Positions 9,033 through 18,451 of a stretch of 64,000 bases of DNA are shown here, in pieces. The notes beneath the pieces were generated by a model. The model worked only from the letters and a program-made list of their open reading frames with translations. It was not told where the DNA came from and made no database searches. The position numbers were made by a program, and so were the translations under genes. The stretch is taken from the sequence record ON529850.1; one strand, written 5' to 3'. Every line of letters starts with the position of its first letter. Position 1 is the stretch's first letter.

Positions 9033-9851
9033 TCACGACTTCCCCATCTCCTGGATGAGAGCGTCGAAGCGCGCCTTGACCTCTTCGGCCGTCAGGACCT
9101 CACCCGCATCGACCTTCGCCATGGAGCGTTCGACCTTGGCCTCCAGCCACTCGTCGTAGCTTTCGTGAATGCCGCCGACCGGGGTGATCGCCTGCTTCAT
9201 GGCGGCGCGGACCGTTTCGGCATCGCCCTTGCAGGCCGCCTCGATCACGTCACGCGACAGTCCGGTAGAGCGCATCAGATAACGGATCGAGCGTTCGAGC
9301 AGATCGGCGGGGGTCAGCTCCGGCACCTCGACCTCCACGGCGTTCTTCATCGTTCCGAACATGTAGACGTCGACCTTGGAATGGCGCGTCGACAGCCAGG
9401 AGGTGAAGGCCGCTTTCAGCGCCGCTTGAACCGCGTCGTCAGTCCCGGCGTGATCCGTCGCGATGTTGAAGGCATCGCTCAACGCCGTGAGGAGAATCTG
9501 TTCATCCTCTTCGGTGAAGGCGAAGTCGCTGTCGAACCCGTCTTCGCTCCAGCAGTCGGCGTTCTTGTCCAGGAACCATTCGAAGAGTTCGTCGCGGTCG
9601 AACTGCGGCCCTTTGGTCAGGTCGAAATCCGGCGCGACCGTCAGGCGTTTGTCCGCTTCGGCGATGTAGATGGTCGAGCCCGGCTCAGGGCCGAAGAGAT
9701 CGTCTTGCGCCGACTTCAGCGCGGCCGCCTTGGCGTCGTCGAACGTGTTGAACGGGCCGTGGGCATATTCGAACTCTTCGTGATCAGCCCAGTAGAAACG
9801 GAAGACGCCGTTGGAGGGTGCGTCGGCCCAGTCGGGTTCATTGAACGCCAT
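9033..9851 (-). CDS. Acidic protein with C-terminal PaaA2/ParD-like antitoxin segment
   Basis: C-terminus SYDEWLEAKVERSMAKVDAGEVLTAEEVKARF. Confidence 0.6.
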   Translation of the reverse strand: MAFNEPDWADAPSNGVFRFYWADHEEFEYAHGPFNTFDDAKAAALKSAQDDLFGPEPGSTIYIAEADKRLTVAPDFDLTKGPQFDRDELFEWFLDKNADCWSEDGFDSDFAFTEEDEQILLTALSDAFNIATDHAGTDDAVQAALKAAFTSWLSTRHSKVDVYMFGTMKNAVEVEVPELTPADLLERSIRYLMRSTGLSRDVIEAACKGDAETVRAAMKQAITPVGGIHESYDEWLEAKVERSMAKVDAGEVLTAEEVKARFDALIQEMGKS

Positions 9852-9853
9852 GA

Positions 9854-10027
9854 TCAGACCCCTTCCTGCAAGGCCTGGATCAAGGCCGAAACCTCAAGGC
9901 GGTGGATGATGAAGTCGCACGCGCCCAGGTAATCCTGGCGGCCTTCACCGATCACGCGAACGAACGACGCCTCGGGACGAGGATCATCTCGGCCGGCGGC
10001 GTCACAGGGAATGAGTTGAAACGACAT
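9854..10027 (-). CDS. 57-aa hypothetical protein (not in ORF track)
   Basis: GGAGA RBS, MSFQLIPCD...LQEGV, fills gap in operon. Confidence 0.55.
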   Translation of the reverse strand: MSFQLIPCDAAGRDDPRPEASFVRVIGEGRQDYLGACDFIIHRLEVSALIQALQEGV

Positions 10028-10103
10028 CTGATCTCCTACAGAGACAGTTGGACGTGGATGAGAGCCGCCAGTTCGACGCAGCGGCGGAACAAAACGGGGA
10101 TCA

Positions 10104-11069
10104 TCAGGCGATCTTTGAAGTCACCTGGACGCAGGCGGCGGGTGAGGCGAAATAAGCAGGCGCGGCCGCGCGGTATCCTTCCCGATACGCCGCCGGGGAG
10201 CCTTCATGCGGATAGGCGAAAGGCGACATCTTGGAGGGGAACAGTCCGGTGGTCAGAAAGACATACCGGTGCAAGAAGCGATTACGCGCTTCGCTCGGCG
10301 ACCAGGGTCGGATGGTGAAGGGCAGAGGATCGACATCGCGCAACAAGGCCCAGACCTCGGTGTCTTCGGGACGACGCGGCATGAGATCGCGCTTTTCCGT
10401 CGCCAGCATCACCAGGTCGATCGCCTTGACCGGCGCGGACATCTTGGTCGGCAGGTTGAAGGTGCGCGCGATCGACGCCTCAACCCCGTGCTCGATCGCC
10501 CGATAGCAGGGCATCAACTGCTTCAGCGGGCTGGAGACGTCTCCCAACACGCTTTCGGAGGCGTCATGCAGCAGCGCCTCCAGCTCATAGCCCGGTTCGC
10601 AGTTCTCACTCGCCAGAACGCTGTGCTGCGCCACGGTGTAGACGGCGTTGGGCTCGATGTGCGCGCCCAGCTGCCCGGTGAAGCGGCAAATCCGCGACAG
10701 ACCGGCGGCGACGTCTTCGATCGTCAACGGCGTTGTGTCGGGCTCCAGGAAATCGAAGTAGACGCCAGACGCCAGCTGGATCGACGGGTGCATCTTCAGC
10801 TGGTTGATCGTCCCATCCGCCATCACCTGGATTTCACGCGCCTTGGCGGTGGTGTGTTCTTCCAGAAGGTCCAGGTAGGCATCCGCCACCAGAGCGGCGT
10901 CGGTGCCGAAATCAGAGCATCCGGTCCTGGGGTCCGTCTCGGCGATCCGAGTGCGCATCCGCAGGCGAAGAGCGGCGTTGCGCAGCTGGTCCGGCGTCAT
11001 CGACAGGCGGAAGCCTTCCAGCTGGAGGTCCTGGGTGCGATTGTTGGCGGCGTCTGCGGCGAGGCTCAT
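10104..11069 (-). CDS. HD-domain 5'-deoxynucleotidase, YfdR-like, with N-terminal extension
   Basis: IEDVAAGLSRICRFTG, YTVAQHSV, ALLHDASE, IDLVMLATEKRDLM. Confidence 0.85.
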   Translation of the reverse strand: MSLAADAANNRTQDLQLEGFRLSMTPDQLRNAALRLRMRTRIAETDPRTGCSDFGTDAALVADAYLDLLEEHTTAKAREIQVMADGTINQLKMHPSIQLASGVYFDFLEPDTTPLTIEDVAAGLSRICRFTGQLGAHIEPNAVYTVAQHSVLASENCEPGYELEALLHDASESVLGDVSSPLKQLMPCYRAIEHGVEASIARTFNLPTKMSAPVKAIDLVMLATEKRDLMPRRPEDTEVWALLRDVDPLPFTIRPWSPSEARNRFLHRYVFLTTGLFPSKMSPFAYPHEGSPAAYREGYRAAAPAYFASPAACVQVTSKIA

Positions 11070-11149
11070 TCCGAGGCCTTAGAAATGGTTAACGCCAGCC
11101 GTGATGTCACGGCTGGCGCCCCATGTCAAGATTTACAACAGAGGTGGAG

Positions 11150-11455
11150 TCAGTCTCCGCCGCCGCCTCCGTCACCCCCGCCGGAACAACCGCCGCCGCC
11201 GCCCGAACACGACCCACCGCCATGGTAATCCCCTCCACCGAAGAAGAAGACGGGAACATCGTCCCCGGAATCGTAGCGACGCGACGACACATTGCGGGAA
11301 GTCGACCGATAGTCCATTCGCCGGGGCTCCGCCGCCGTCAGCGGGTAGGGGTCGCGGGGTCCGCTCGTGGGGCGGCGTTTGCCGGCGGCGCCCAGCAGGG
11401 CGATCACGACGACGAACACCGTAAAGAAGATGCCGACGAAAATGAGGTCAGCCAT
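11150..11455 (-). CDS. Single-TM protein with Gly-rich C-terminal tail
   Basis: MADLIFVGIFFTVFVVVIALLG...GGGGCSGGGDGGGGGD. Confidence 0.6.
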   Translation of the reverse strand: MADLIFVGIFFTVFVVVIALLGAAGKRRPTSGPRDPYPLTAAEPRRMDYRSTSRNVSSRRYDSGDDVPVFFFGGGDYHGGGSCSGGGGGCSGGGDGGGGGD

Positions 11456-11612
11456 TCGGTTTCCTTCCGACAAACATGACGATTTGATAATCGCCGTCCG
11501 ACGAGATGCTGGTGGTGAAGTTGAGCGGCCCGACGCGGATGTCGCCGAACCAGGGCGAGGCGATGATGAAGATCAGGAACAGCCAGATTCCCGCAAAGAT
11601 CGCACCCCACAT
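11448..11612 (-). CDS. 54-aa membrane protein (not in ORF track in this frame)
   Basis: MWGAIFAGIWLFLIFIIASPWFGD...; coupled to both neighbours. Confidence 0.55.
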   Translation of the reverse strand: MWGAIFAGIWLFLIFIIASPWFGDIRVGPLNFTTSISSDGDYQIVMFVGRKPNG

Positions 11613-11893
11613 CACAGGCGACCCGACATGAAGCTGCGATGCAGGCCCAACACCTGGGGGTCCTTCACCTTGTTCGTCTGGGTGGGGCAGAGACGACGGC
11701 AGATCGCTACGATCTGACGATCACGCGCCTGGCGGGTCTCTTCGTCAACCACTTCGATCGGATTGACGTCCGCCTTGGTGAAGGCGGCGATGTAGGTTCG
11801 GCTGTTCATCGCCCCGGACAGAGCGGCGCGTTTGGTCTCGCTCTCCGGATTGATCCGATCCGTCTTATGTCGTTCGTCGATATTGCGGAACAT
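11612..11893 (-). CDS. Hypothetical protein
   Basis: Coupled co-oriented ORF. Confidence 0.5.
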   Translation of the reverse strand: MFRNIDERHKTDRINPESETKRAALSGAMNSRTYIAAFTKADVNPIEVVDEETRQARDRQIVAICRRLCPTQTNKVKDPQVLGLHRSFMSGRL

Positions 11894-11895
11894 GG

Positions 11896-12318
11896 CTACA
11901 GGGTCAGGACGCGGACGGGGCCGCCGGAATAGATGTCGTACTCAAGCGCGCAGTGCACCGCCTCGGACGCGGTCGCGCCGGCCGCCATGGCGCCCAGGGC
12001 GAGCTCTCGGCCGGACCCCAGAGCGAAGTAGGGTCGATCAACCGTCAGCGCGCCGTATTCGCTGAACAACACCGCATGACCCGAAGGCGCGATGATGAAG
12101 CCGGTGCTCTCGGCGCCGCTGGATTCCATCGGACAACGGCCGTAGGCGCCTTTGCGAACCCAGGTCATGAACGACACCACGGCCGCCCAGGTCCCGACGC
12201 CTCCGAACAGGACGCCGCGATGGCTTTCGATCTTCACGGCGGAGCCTTCGCGGATGCCGTTCATCGTGACAAGGGAATCCGACGCCAGGACGCCGTCTCG
12301 ATAAGCGATAGTGGTCAC
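11896..12318 (-). CDS. Ntn-hydrolase peptidase, HslV/proteasome-beta-like
   Basis: MTTIAYRDGVLASDS N-terminus, K in motif VKI, ALGSG, AEAVHCA...DIYSGG. Confidence 0.85.
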   Translation of the reverse strand: MTTIAYRDGVLASDSLVTMNGIREGSAVKIESHRGVLFGGVGTWAAVVSFMTWVRKGAYGRCPMESSGAESTGFIIAPSGHAVLFSEYGALTVDRPYFALGSGRELALGAMAAGATASEAVHCALEYDIYSGGPVRVLTL

Positions 12319-12611
12319 GCAGGCTCGGTGGTTCGGGGTTTACTGGAACGGTATCGCTGCGGGACGGGCCAGCACGTCAGCAGACTTTCACCGGCGAACA
12401 GGTAGAGATTGCCGCCGTGGACGCGAATGTTGGTCGCCTTGCGCTCGGACAGGTAGAGACCGTCCAGGTAGCGACGAAACGACCCGCTGAACGCCTTGGG
12501 CGGCGCGCCCTGCTCCAGTGCGGTTTCGGCCTGACGCTGGACCGCCTTGCGCGGAATCCCCATACGCTTACGCGCGCGCAGCTCCGCGTGCTCGGTTACA
12601 TGGGCGCTCAT
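12315..12611 (-). CDS. Basic hypothetical protein with T-x-HA-x-x-R motif (possible RelE/BECR-like toxin fold)
   Basis: VTEHAELRARKRMG; 4-bp overlap with upstream Phd-like gene. Confidence 0.5.
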   Translation of the reverse strand: MSAHVTEHAELRARKRMGIPRKAVQRQAETALEQGAPPKAFSGSFRRYLDGLYLSERKATNIRVHGGNLYLFAGESLLTCWPVPQRYRSSKPRTTEPA

Positions 12612-12883
12612 GACGCATTCGCCATTTCGGTGGTGATGCGCTCGCTCGTCGCCAGGAAAGAGATCAGGTCCTCGACCTCGCGCTGATGCGCCGGGGTCAG
12701 GTCGGTCAGCCGGCAGATCATGCGTTCCATCCGGGCATAGTCAGAAGATGTCATGACGACGAGGTGGGCGTATTCGCCCGCATTACCCACGAGGACCGGC
12801 TCGACCATCGCCTTGCGCTGGATTTCCCGCCAACCCGTAGTGTCGGTCGGTGTCGAGATTCTCTGCATCAAGTGCATCTTCAT
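12608..12883 (-). CDS. Possible Phd/YefM-like antitoxin
   Basis: RKAMVEPVLV..AG...VVMTSSDYARM resembles the Phd A..EPV.I...G....V.MS..DY pattern. Confidence 0.45.
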   Translation of the reverse strand: MKMHLMQRISTPTDTTGWREIQRKAMVEPVLVGNAGEYAHLVVMTSSDYARMERMICRLTDLTPAHQREVEDLISFLATSERITTEMANAS

Positions 12884-12891
12884 GGCGTCTC

Positions 12892-13173
12892 CTATCCGGC
12901 TCGGCCGGGTTTGGCTGGTCGCATGTCGTAGGGGTTGTGCCGCATCCCCAGGGGGATCGTGTCGTTCAACTCAGCCTGCGCCGGCTCGTAGATCGAGTAG
13001 TCGGAATCGTTGAGCACGATCCCGAAAAAGTTCCGGGTGTAGCGACGGTAAAAGGTATGGGCGTGCTTCTCCGTGTCCTCGACGAACGCCAGGGTGCGGC
13101 CCGTCACCGACGCGCCGATCGCGCGGAGTTTATCCACGCCGGTCGGGTTGAGAGTGGCGATGAAACGGGGCAT
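12892..13173 (-). CDS. Hypothetical protein
   Basis: Co-oriented ORF. Confidence 0.5.
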   Translation of the reverse strand: MPRFIATLNPTGVDKLRAIGASVTGRTLAFVEDTEKHAHTFYRRYTRNFFGIVLNDSDYSIYEPAQAELNDTIPLGMRHNPYDMRPAKPGRAG

Positions 13174-13237
13174 TCAGGTATCCTGACACAGAGCGTCAGG
13201 GATACTGACACAGTTCCGACGTTTTGGGAAGTTCGAC

Positions 13238-13849
13238 CTAGACCGTGGTTGCGCGATTGGCGCGCGTCCACTTTCGCAGGTTGGCGTCGAACAGCGCCAG
13301 GATCGGGTAGAGACGAACCTGCCACCGCAGGAAGGCGGCGTATCGCGGCGTCCCTTCTTCGGGATGGAAGTAGACGTAGATGCGCTCGCGCCAGGTGGTC
13401 GGCGGAGACGAGGTGCTGCCAGGGCGGCGTCGCGAATACTTCATCTCCCCGATCGCGCGGAAACCGAGCGCATCCACACGAGCGGTATTCGCCAGGGGCG
13501 GCGTCGGAAAGTGGGGGTGCACCTGTCCCGAAGACATGTGGTTGGGGCGCTTGGTTTCCGACGTCATCCAGTCCGGTCGCAGCGGGCCGCGATTACACAC
13601 CGCCGGCTCCGGCGTCGGATGCTGGCGGTGGTGCTGCCGGCGTTTCTCATTCGCCTGATCGAACAGACGTGAAGCGTCCTTGGCGGCCTGGCGCATGTTC
13701 GCCTTGGCGGCGTAGGCGCGCGCGTTGGCCTCCTCCCATTCACGGCGATTGAGGCTGACCTGCTTGAGGTGGAGTTTCGCCTGGGCGTCCAGGGCGTCCG
13801 CGTCGCTCAGAAGCGTCGACTTAACCTTTCCCAGATCACTCATAGTCAT
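13238..13849 (-). CDS. Hypothetical protein (N-terminal coiled coil)
   Basis: Co-oriented ORF. Confidence 0.5.
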   Translation of the reverse strand: MTMSDLGKVKSTLLSDADALDAQAKLHLKQVSLNRREWEEANARAYAAKANMRQAAKDASRLFDQANEKRRQHHRQHPTPEPAVCNRGPLRPDWMTSETKRPNHMSSGQVHPHFPTPPLANTARVDALGFRAIGEMKYSRRRPGSTSSPPTTWRERIYVYFHPEEGTPRYAAFLRWQVRLYPILALFDANLRKWTRANRATTV

Positions 13850-14093
13850 GATCCGCCTTTGCAGCCGTCGTGGTGAGAGTGATGGTCGGGTAGACCTTCA
13901 CGGTGGGAGCGTCCGACGTCGCGACCATCAGCAGGCCGGCGATGCCGGTGCCGACCATGATGATCGCTTCGGCGTGCTCGGGGCGAATGACGTAGCCGAG
14001 CAGTCCCGCCAGGGCGATCAGCCCCAGCCAGGTCGACCGCTCCAGCGCCTTGGTGAGCAGGAAGGTGTAGAGGGCTTTCCAGTTCCAGGTCAT
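13836..14093 (-). CDS. Holin-like small membrane protein
   Basis: ERSTWLGLIALAGLLG...PEHAEAIIMVGTGIAGLL two-TM pattern recalled from small phage holin-like proteins. Confidence 0.5.
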   Translation of the reverse strand: MTWNWKALYTFLLTKALERSTWLGLIALAGLLGYVIRPEHAEAIIMVGTGIAGLLMVATSDAPTVKVYPTITLTTTAAKADHDYE

Positions 14094-14794
14094 TCCGTGA
14101 CTCCCATGGTGATTTCGACCATATCATCGGCGATCCGACGGGTGTCTTCGTCCAAGAGCGCCGCGACGGTCTGCTCATCGGTGGTCAAGGGCCGGGCGCC
14201 GTTCGCCAGGTTCAAGCGATCCGACGCGGACATCCGGCGAGCGGCGGCGACCGCCTGTGCAGGCCCCGTGTCGGTCGGGCGCACCGTCGCTTCGGGCGTT
14301 CCGGTCAGAACCCCGCGCAGCATGGCGGTCGCCTTGACCCGGCGCGCGTCGGCCTCATGACGAAGCGTCGCCATCTTGGTGCGCACGCGGTTGAACTCTT
14401 CGCGAGTGTCTTCCCGCGACATCTCCAACTTCACCGCGTCCGAGAGGTAGGTCATCGCGCGGGTGATGATGTCTTCCGCTTCCTGGAAGGTGTAGACGCC
14501 GCCGGGGGCCGCTTGAATCGAGGCGCGCGCCGCCGCCGCCGAGAGCTCCTCTTCCAGCTCCGCGATGCGTTGATGCGCCTGCTCCAGCGCCGTGGGCGAC
14601 GCTTCCAGGAAATCAACCTGGTAGCGGCGCGTCAGATCGGAGATTGCGCGTGATGCGCTGGGGGTGCCTTCTGGGACGGTCACATCGTGGCCGGCACCCG
14701 CCAGGGCTTGCGCCAGAACGGCGATGAGGGTGGTCTTGCCGCTGCCCTTGTCACCCGTGACGGTGACAGTGACGCGGGCGATGTTATCGGTCAT
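14090..14794 (-). CDS. Protein with N-terminal Walker A, coiled coil and scaffold-tail-like motif
   Basis: VTGDKGSGKTT; RRMSASDRLNLANGAR. Confidence 0.6.
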   Translation of the reverse strand: MTDNIARVTVTVTGDKGSGKTTLIAVLAQALAGAGHDVTVPEGTPSASRAISDLTRRYQVDFLEASPTALEQAHQRIAELEEELSAAAARASIQAAPGGVYTFQEAEDIITRAMTYLSDAVKLEMSREDTREEFNRVRTKMATLRHEADARRVKATAMLRGVLTGTPEATVRPTDTGPAQAVAAARRMSASDRLNLANGARPLTTDEQTVAALLDEDTRRIADDMVEITMGVTE

Positions 14795-14795
14795 T

Positions 14796-15152
14796 TCAGA
14801 ACCAGATCAGGAGGTTTGCATTGCGGAGACGCGGATGCACCTCCAGGTTGAGCCAGTCGACCAAGCGCTTGCGCAGCTCTTCAGGGCCATCGCCCAGGTC
14901 GGGGTCTCTGGCGGACCAGCGCACAAGCGCGGCCTCGTAGACCCGGCCCACAACAGCGGAAGAATCGAACGCCGACACGACATGAAACAGGGCGCCGTCT
15001 CGGGGATCGGACGGGCGCGGCTCGCCGATGACGACGTAGAGCGCCTGCCGCACCATCACAGCGACCGGCCCAGGATGAACCCGATGAGGCCGGCCGCCAG
15101 GATGGGTGTTCCGATCAGGATCGACAGTGTCGACAACCAATGACGAACACAC
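14796..15152 (-). CDS. Hypothetical protein
   Basis: Co-oriented ORF abutting downstream gene. Confidence 0.45.
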   Translation of the reverse strand: MCSSLVVDTVDPDRNTHPGGRPHRVHPGPVAVMVRQALYVVIGEPRPSDPRDGALFHVVSAFDSSAVVGRVYEAALVRWSARDPDLGDGPEELRKRLVDWLNLEVHPRLRNANLLIWF

Positions 15153-15868
15153 CAGGCGAAAAGGCGATTGCCCCCTTCATCCAGCCAGTCGAAATTGGTG
15201 TCGTTGATCATGTCAGTTCGAGCCGAGGCCTTCAAAGATGGAGCCGATCAGCTCCAGGCCGGATTCCAGGATGGCGAAGACCCAAAAGCCGTCCCAGAAA
15301 CTGGTCGAACGGTCCGGGCGCCGCTTCGTCCGGTCCGTCGTTTTGGTGAAATCGACCACGTCAGAAGAAGACGCAGCCGGAGACCAGGCCGCACAGGAAG
15401 ATGACGGCGGCGGCCGACTTGGTCTCGCGGGCGATGGTGGCGGCTTGGCGCACAGCGGCTTCGACAGCGGCGACGATGGGGTTGGTGGAGTTCATGGTCA
15501 GGGGTCCGTTAGGTTTTGGGTTCGGGGGTAGAGGTGAGGTAGTCGGCGAACGTCTTGGCGGTCGTGACAATCTCTTCGGCCGAAGAGCCCTTCTCGGCAT
15601 GATAGCGCAGCGCCATCTCAAGGGCCTTCTCGTGAACGATGACGTAGTGGTCGCTCATTTCACTTTCTTTCGCGGTCGCCCGCGTTTGGGGGGTGGAGGG
15701 GGAGCGACCGCCGGCGTTTCGTCCGGCGATCGTTTCGTCAACAAGGCGAGGTCCTCGTCATCCAACGCCGGCAACCCATACGGGTCGTCCGACATCAAAT
15801 CCCGATCGTCCAGGTCGTGGATCAGATCGTTCAGGTCGGCGTATCTGCGCGGCATCGGCGTGGAGGGC

Positions 15869-16273
15869 TTAGTCCTGCTTGAGGCGGTAGATCGGCAGAG
15901 GCTGGGCCTCGGCGCCGTAGACGGCCGCATGGAAGACAGCGGTGGTCATCTCGACCACGCCTTTCTCCAGCAGCTCCGGCAGACGGAAACCGCGCACGCG
16001 GTGGTCTTCGTGGTCACGATCCGCGAACGAACGCCACTGCTTCTCGGTGGTCCAGTCGGCGCCGGTGACGGACAGAAGACGCATCAGGGCGACGCAGGCC
16101 TTGAGCTCGACATTGGTCAGGCTGTCGGTCGACAAATGTTCCGGCAGGGCGACCAGGCCGACCTTGTCTTCGCCAGGACCGATCGACGGGAAGGAGACGG
16201 TTCCAGGAGCGCGAAGCGGTTGGGCGGCGCCGGCCGCGCCGGGACCGGCGGGGCGGTAGGTTTGTTCAGTCAT
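15869..16273 (-). CDS. Hypothetical protein
   Basis: ORF downstream of portal. Confidence 0.5.
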   Translation of the reverse strand: MTEQTYRPAGPGAAGAAQPLRAPGTVSFPSIGPGEDKVGLVALPEHLSTDSLTNVELKACVALMRLLSVTGADWTTEKQWRSFADRDHEDHRVRGFRLPELLEKGVVEMTTAVFHAAVYGAEAQPLPIYRLKQD

Positions 16274-16390
16274 CGGGTACTCAGCACTTCTTGCGCTTCA
16301 TGGGGAGAGGGGTCTTCGGAGGCGCCGGTTTGGCCCGCTTGGGCTTCACCGGCTTGGCGAACGGCGTCGCGGTCAGGATGTCGATCGCCA

Positions 16391-18361
16391 TCAGGCGGTA
16401 TCCGTCCCACTACGCCGCGCCGGCGGCGGTTGCGGCGCTTGCTTGGCCTTGGCGGCCGTTGCGGCGGACTTGCGCTGGATCGCCAGCTGCTGCTGCTCCG
16501 CCTGGGTCGGCGGGGCCTGCTCCGGATCGCCCAGCTTGCGGGAAGCCGACACGGTCGTGGAGCCGAACTGCTGCGCCAGGGCGAACTTCTCTTCTTCCAA
16601 CGCGCGGGCGCGTTCTTGCAGCTCCAGCTCCTTGGCCTGGAAGGCCGCCTCACGCGCCAGGCGCACCTGCTCCAGCTCCTGAGCCCGGCTGACGTAACCG
16701 CGACGCATCGCTTCGGCGTCGGGTTTACCGATGAAGGAGTTGGGGTCTTCCATCTTGGCGCGGAAGTCTTCCAGGGTCATGGTCGTGGAGACCACGCCGT
16801 TGCGCACCATGGCTTCGTAGAAGACGTCGATCGGAATGTCGCCTTCCTTGAACAGCTGCTGGATCGCGCGGATCGCGCGGGCGTCCAGGGTGGTCGACAG
16901 GAAGGTGGTGTCCAACTCGTAACGCAGCAGGGCGGTGTCTTGCAGCGGCACGTCGCGGAACAACAGCCAATACCGCATCAAGGTCGTCATACCCTCTTCC
17001 AGGGCGGTGATGACGTTGAGCAGCAGGCTCTGTTCGTTCGCTTCGCGGATCGACGACTGCTGGTTGGATTCCGACGTCGACTTCGACGAGCCGGGCATCA
17101 TACGACCGCCGATCGCGGCGATCTGTTGCTCCTTCTCGTCCAGGGCGCGCTCCAGGGTCTTGAGACCCTCGCCCTTGAACTCCAGGATGCCGGGGATGCC
17201 GTCCGGGGTGGTTTCCCACACCGTACCGGGGCCGATGTGATAGTTGGCCGAATCCGAATCCGAGGTGCCCGGAACATAGTAGGTCGGCAGGGCGGTGTAG
17301 AAGCGACCGTATTCCAGCTCCGCATAGGTGCGGTAGTGCTTCAGATTCAGGTCGACGATGTCGAGAAGCGGCGGCTTTTCGCAGTCCGCCGCATTGGAGA
17401 AGGCGCCGAAGAAGACGACCGGCAGGAATCGCAGCGGATTGCCGCGCACTTTCGGGTAGGTGACCTTGACCGGCTTGCTCAGCGGGTCTTCCTTGTAGAC
17501 CTTCTGACAGTAGACGCGCGATCCGTCTTCCTGAACCTCCAGGACCAGTTCACGATACTGGGTGACGTAGGTGTAACCGCCCGTCGCCGGCTGTTCGGCC
17601 GGGGTGCGGGACGTCACCGGCATCAACTCGCCGTCGGCGGTGCGGATCATCGCCGTTTGCGGACGCTTGCGTCGGCCGCGCGCTGGCTTTTCGTCACCGA
17701 TCCAGGGATTGTCGGCGCTGGCGCCCGGCGCCACGCGCACGAACTCACGCAGCAGAACGCGGGTCGGGACATAGAATCCCTCGACCTCTTCGATCTGCCA
17801 GTCGATGATGTTCTCGGCCGTATAGCCGACGACGTAGGGCTGCGGCTTCTTGCCGACCGGCGTTTCATCGACATCCGCCAGGGCCAGGAAACGGCCCATG
17901 GCGATCTGCTCGGCGGCGATCGTCTTGGCGAAGGATGCGTGGCTGGTGCCGTCTTTGGCGAACCGCGCCAGCGCCGGCAGGAGCTTCTCACCCTGGTCGA
18001 TCACCACCTCCGCGCCGCCGGCGTCGCGGGAGACGACGCGGCCGGGCTGCGGCAGGTGACGAATGACAGGAGGGCGACGGAAAACCTGCCCGACCATGCC
18101 GGACAGCGTCTGGGCCGCCATGTTGTAGAACACCGCCCGATGCAGATACTGCTCGTACTGATCGTCGGTCGAACCTTCCATCGGGCGCAGGTAGACCGCA
18201 CCCTTACGCTTGATCTCACGCTCGCCCGCGAGCGCGTCCCTGATCTTCTGCCAGTCCTCCGCCCAGTAGCTGTATTCCGGGTGAGCGACGATCGAGCTGA
18301 AAGCCGCAATCGCGCGTTTCGTCCGGCCGATATTGGTGGAATTGGGAGTGGTGCCGGCCAT
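16391..18361 (-). CDS. Portal protein (DUF4055-type), probable start MAGTTPN
   Basis: HPEYSYWAEDWQKIRDALAGEREIK...YL.RAVFYN, PPLLDIVDLNLKHYR..A.LE.G...TALPT. Confidence 0.85.
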   Translation of the reverse strand: MAGTTPNSTNIGRTKRAIAAFSSIVAHPEYSYWAEDWQKIRDALAGEREIKRKGAVYLRPMEGSTDDQYEQYLHRAVFYNMAAQTLSGMVGQVFRRPPVIRHLPQPGRVVSRDAGGAEVVIDQGEKLLPALARFAKDGTSHASFAKTIAAEQIAMGRFLALADVDETPVGKKPQPYVVGYTAENIIDWQIEEVEGFYVPTRVLLREFVRVAPGASADNPWIGDEKPARGRRKRPQTAMIRTADGELMPVTSRTPAEQPATGGYTYVTQYRELVLEVQEDGSRVYCQKVYKEDPLSKPVKVTYPKVRGNPLRFLPVVFFGAFSNAADCEKPPLLDIVDLNLKHYRTYAELEYGRFYTALPTYYVPGTSDSDSANYHIGPGTVWETTPDGIPGILEFKGEGLKTLERALDEKEQQIAAIGGRMMPGSSKSTSESNQQSSIREANEQSLLLNVITALEEGMTTLMRYWLLFRDVPLQDTALLRYELDTTFLSTTLDARAIRAIQQLFKEGDIPIDVFYEAMVRNGVVSTTMTLEDFRAKMEDPNSFIGKPDAEAMRRGYVSRAQELEQVRLAREAAFQAKELELQERARALEEEKFALAQQFGSTTVSASRKLGDPEQAPPTQAEQQQLAIQRKSAATAAKAKQAPQPPPARRSGTDTA

Positions 18362-18451
18362 GAGTAGCAGAAAAAGGCGAGGGCCGAAGGATTCGGCCCT
18401 CAAAGGCGTAGAACGAAGTTCGAGATCGGCGTTAAGGCCTTACTCTGCCGG

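Noticed and set aside
14090-14794. Functional nucleotide kinase
   Set aside because: Walker A present but the rest of a kinase fold is not evident; followed by coiled coil
15401-18367. 988-aa plus-strand ORF
   Set aside because: Antisense shadow of the portal gene in high-GC DNA; no recognisable motifs
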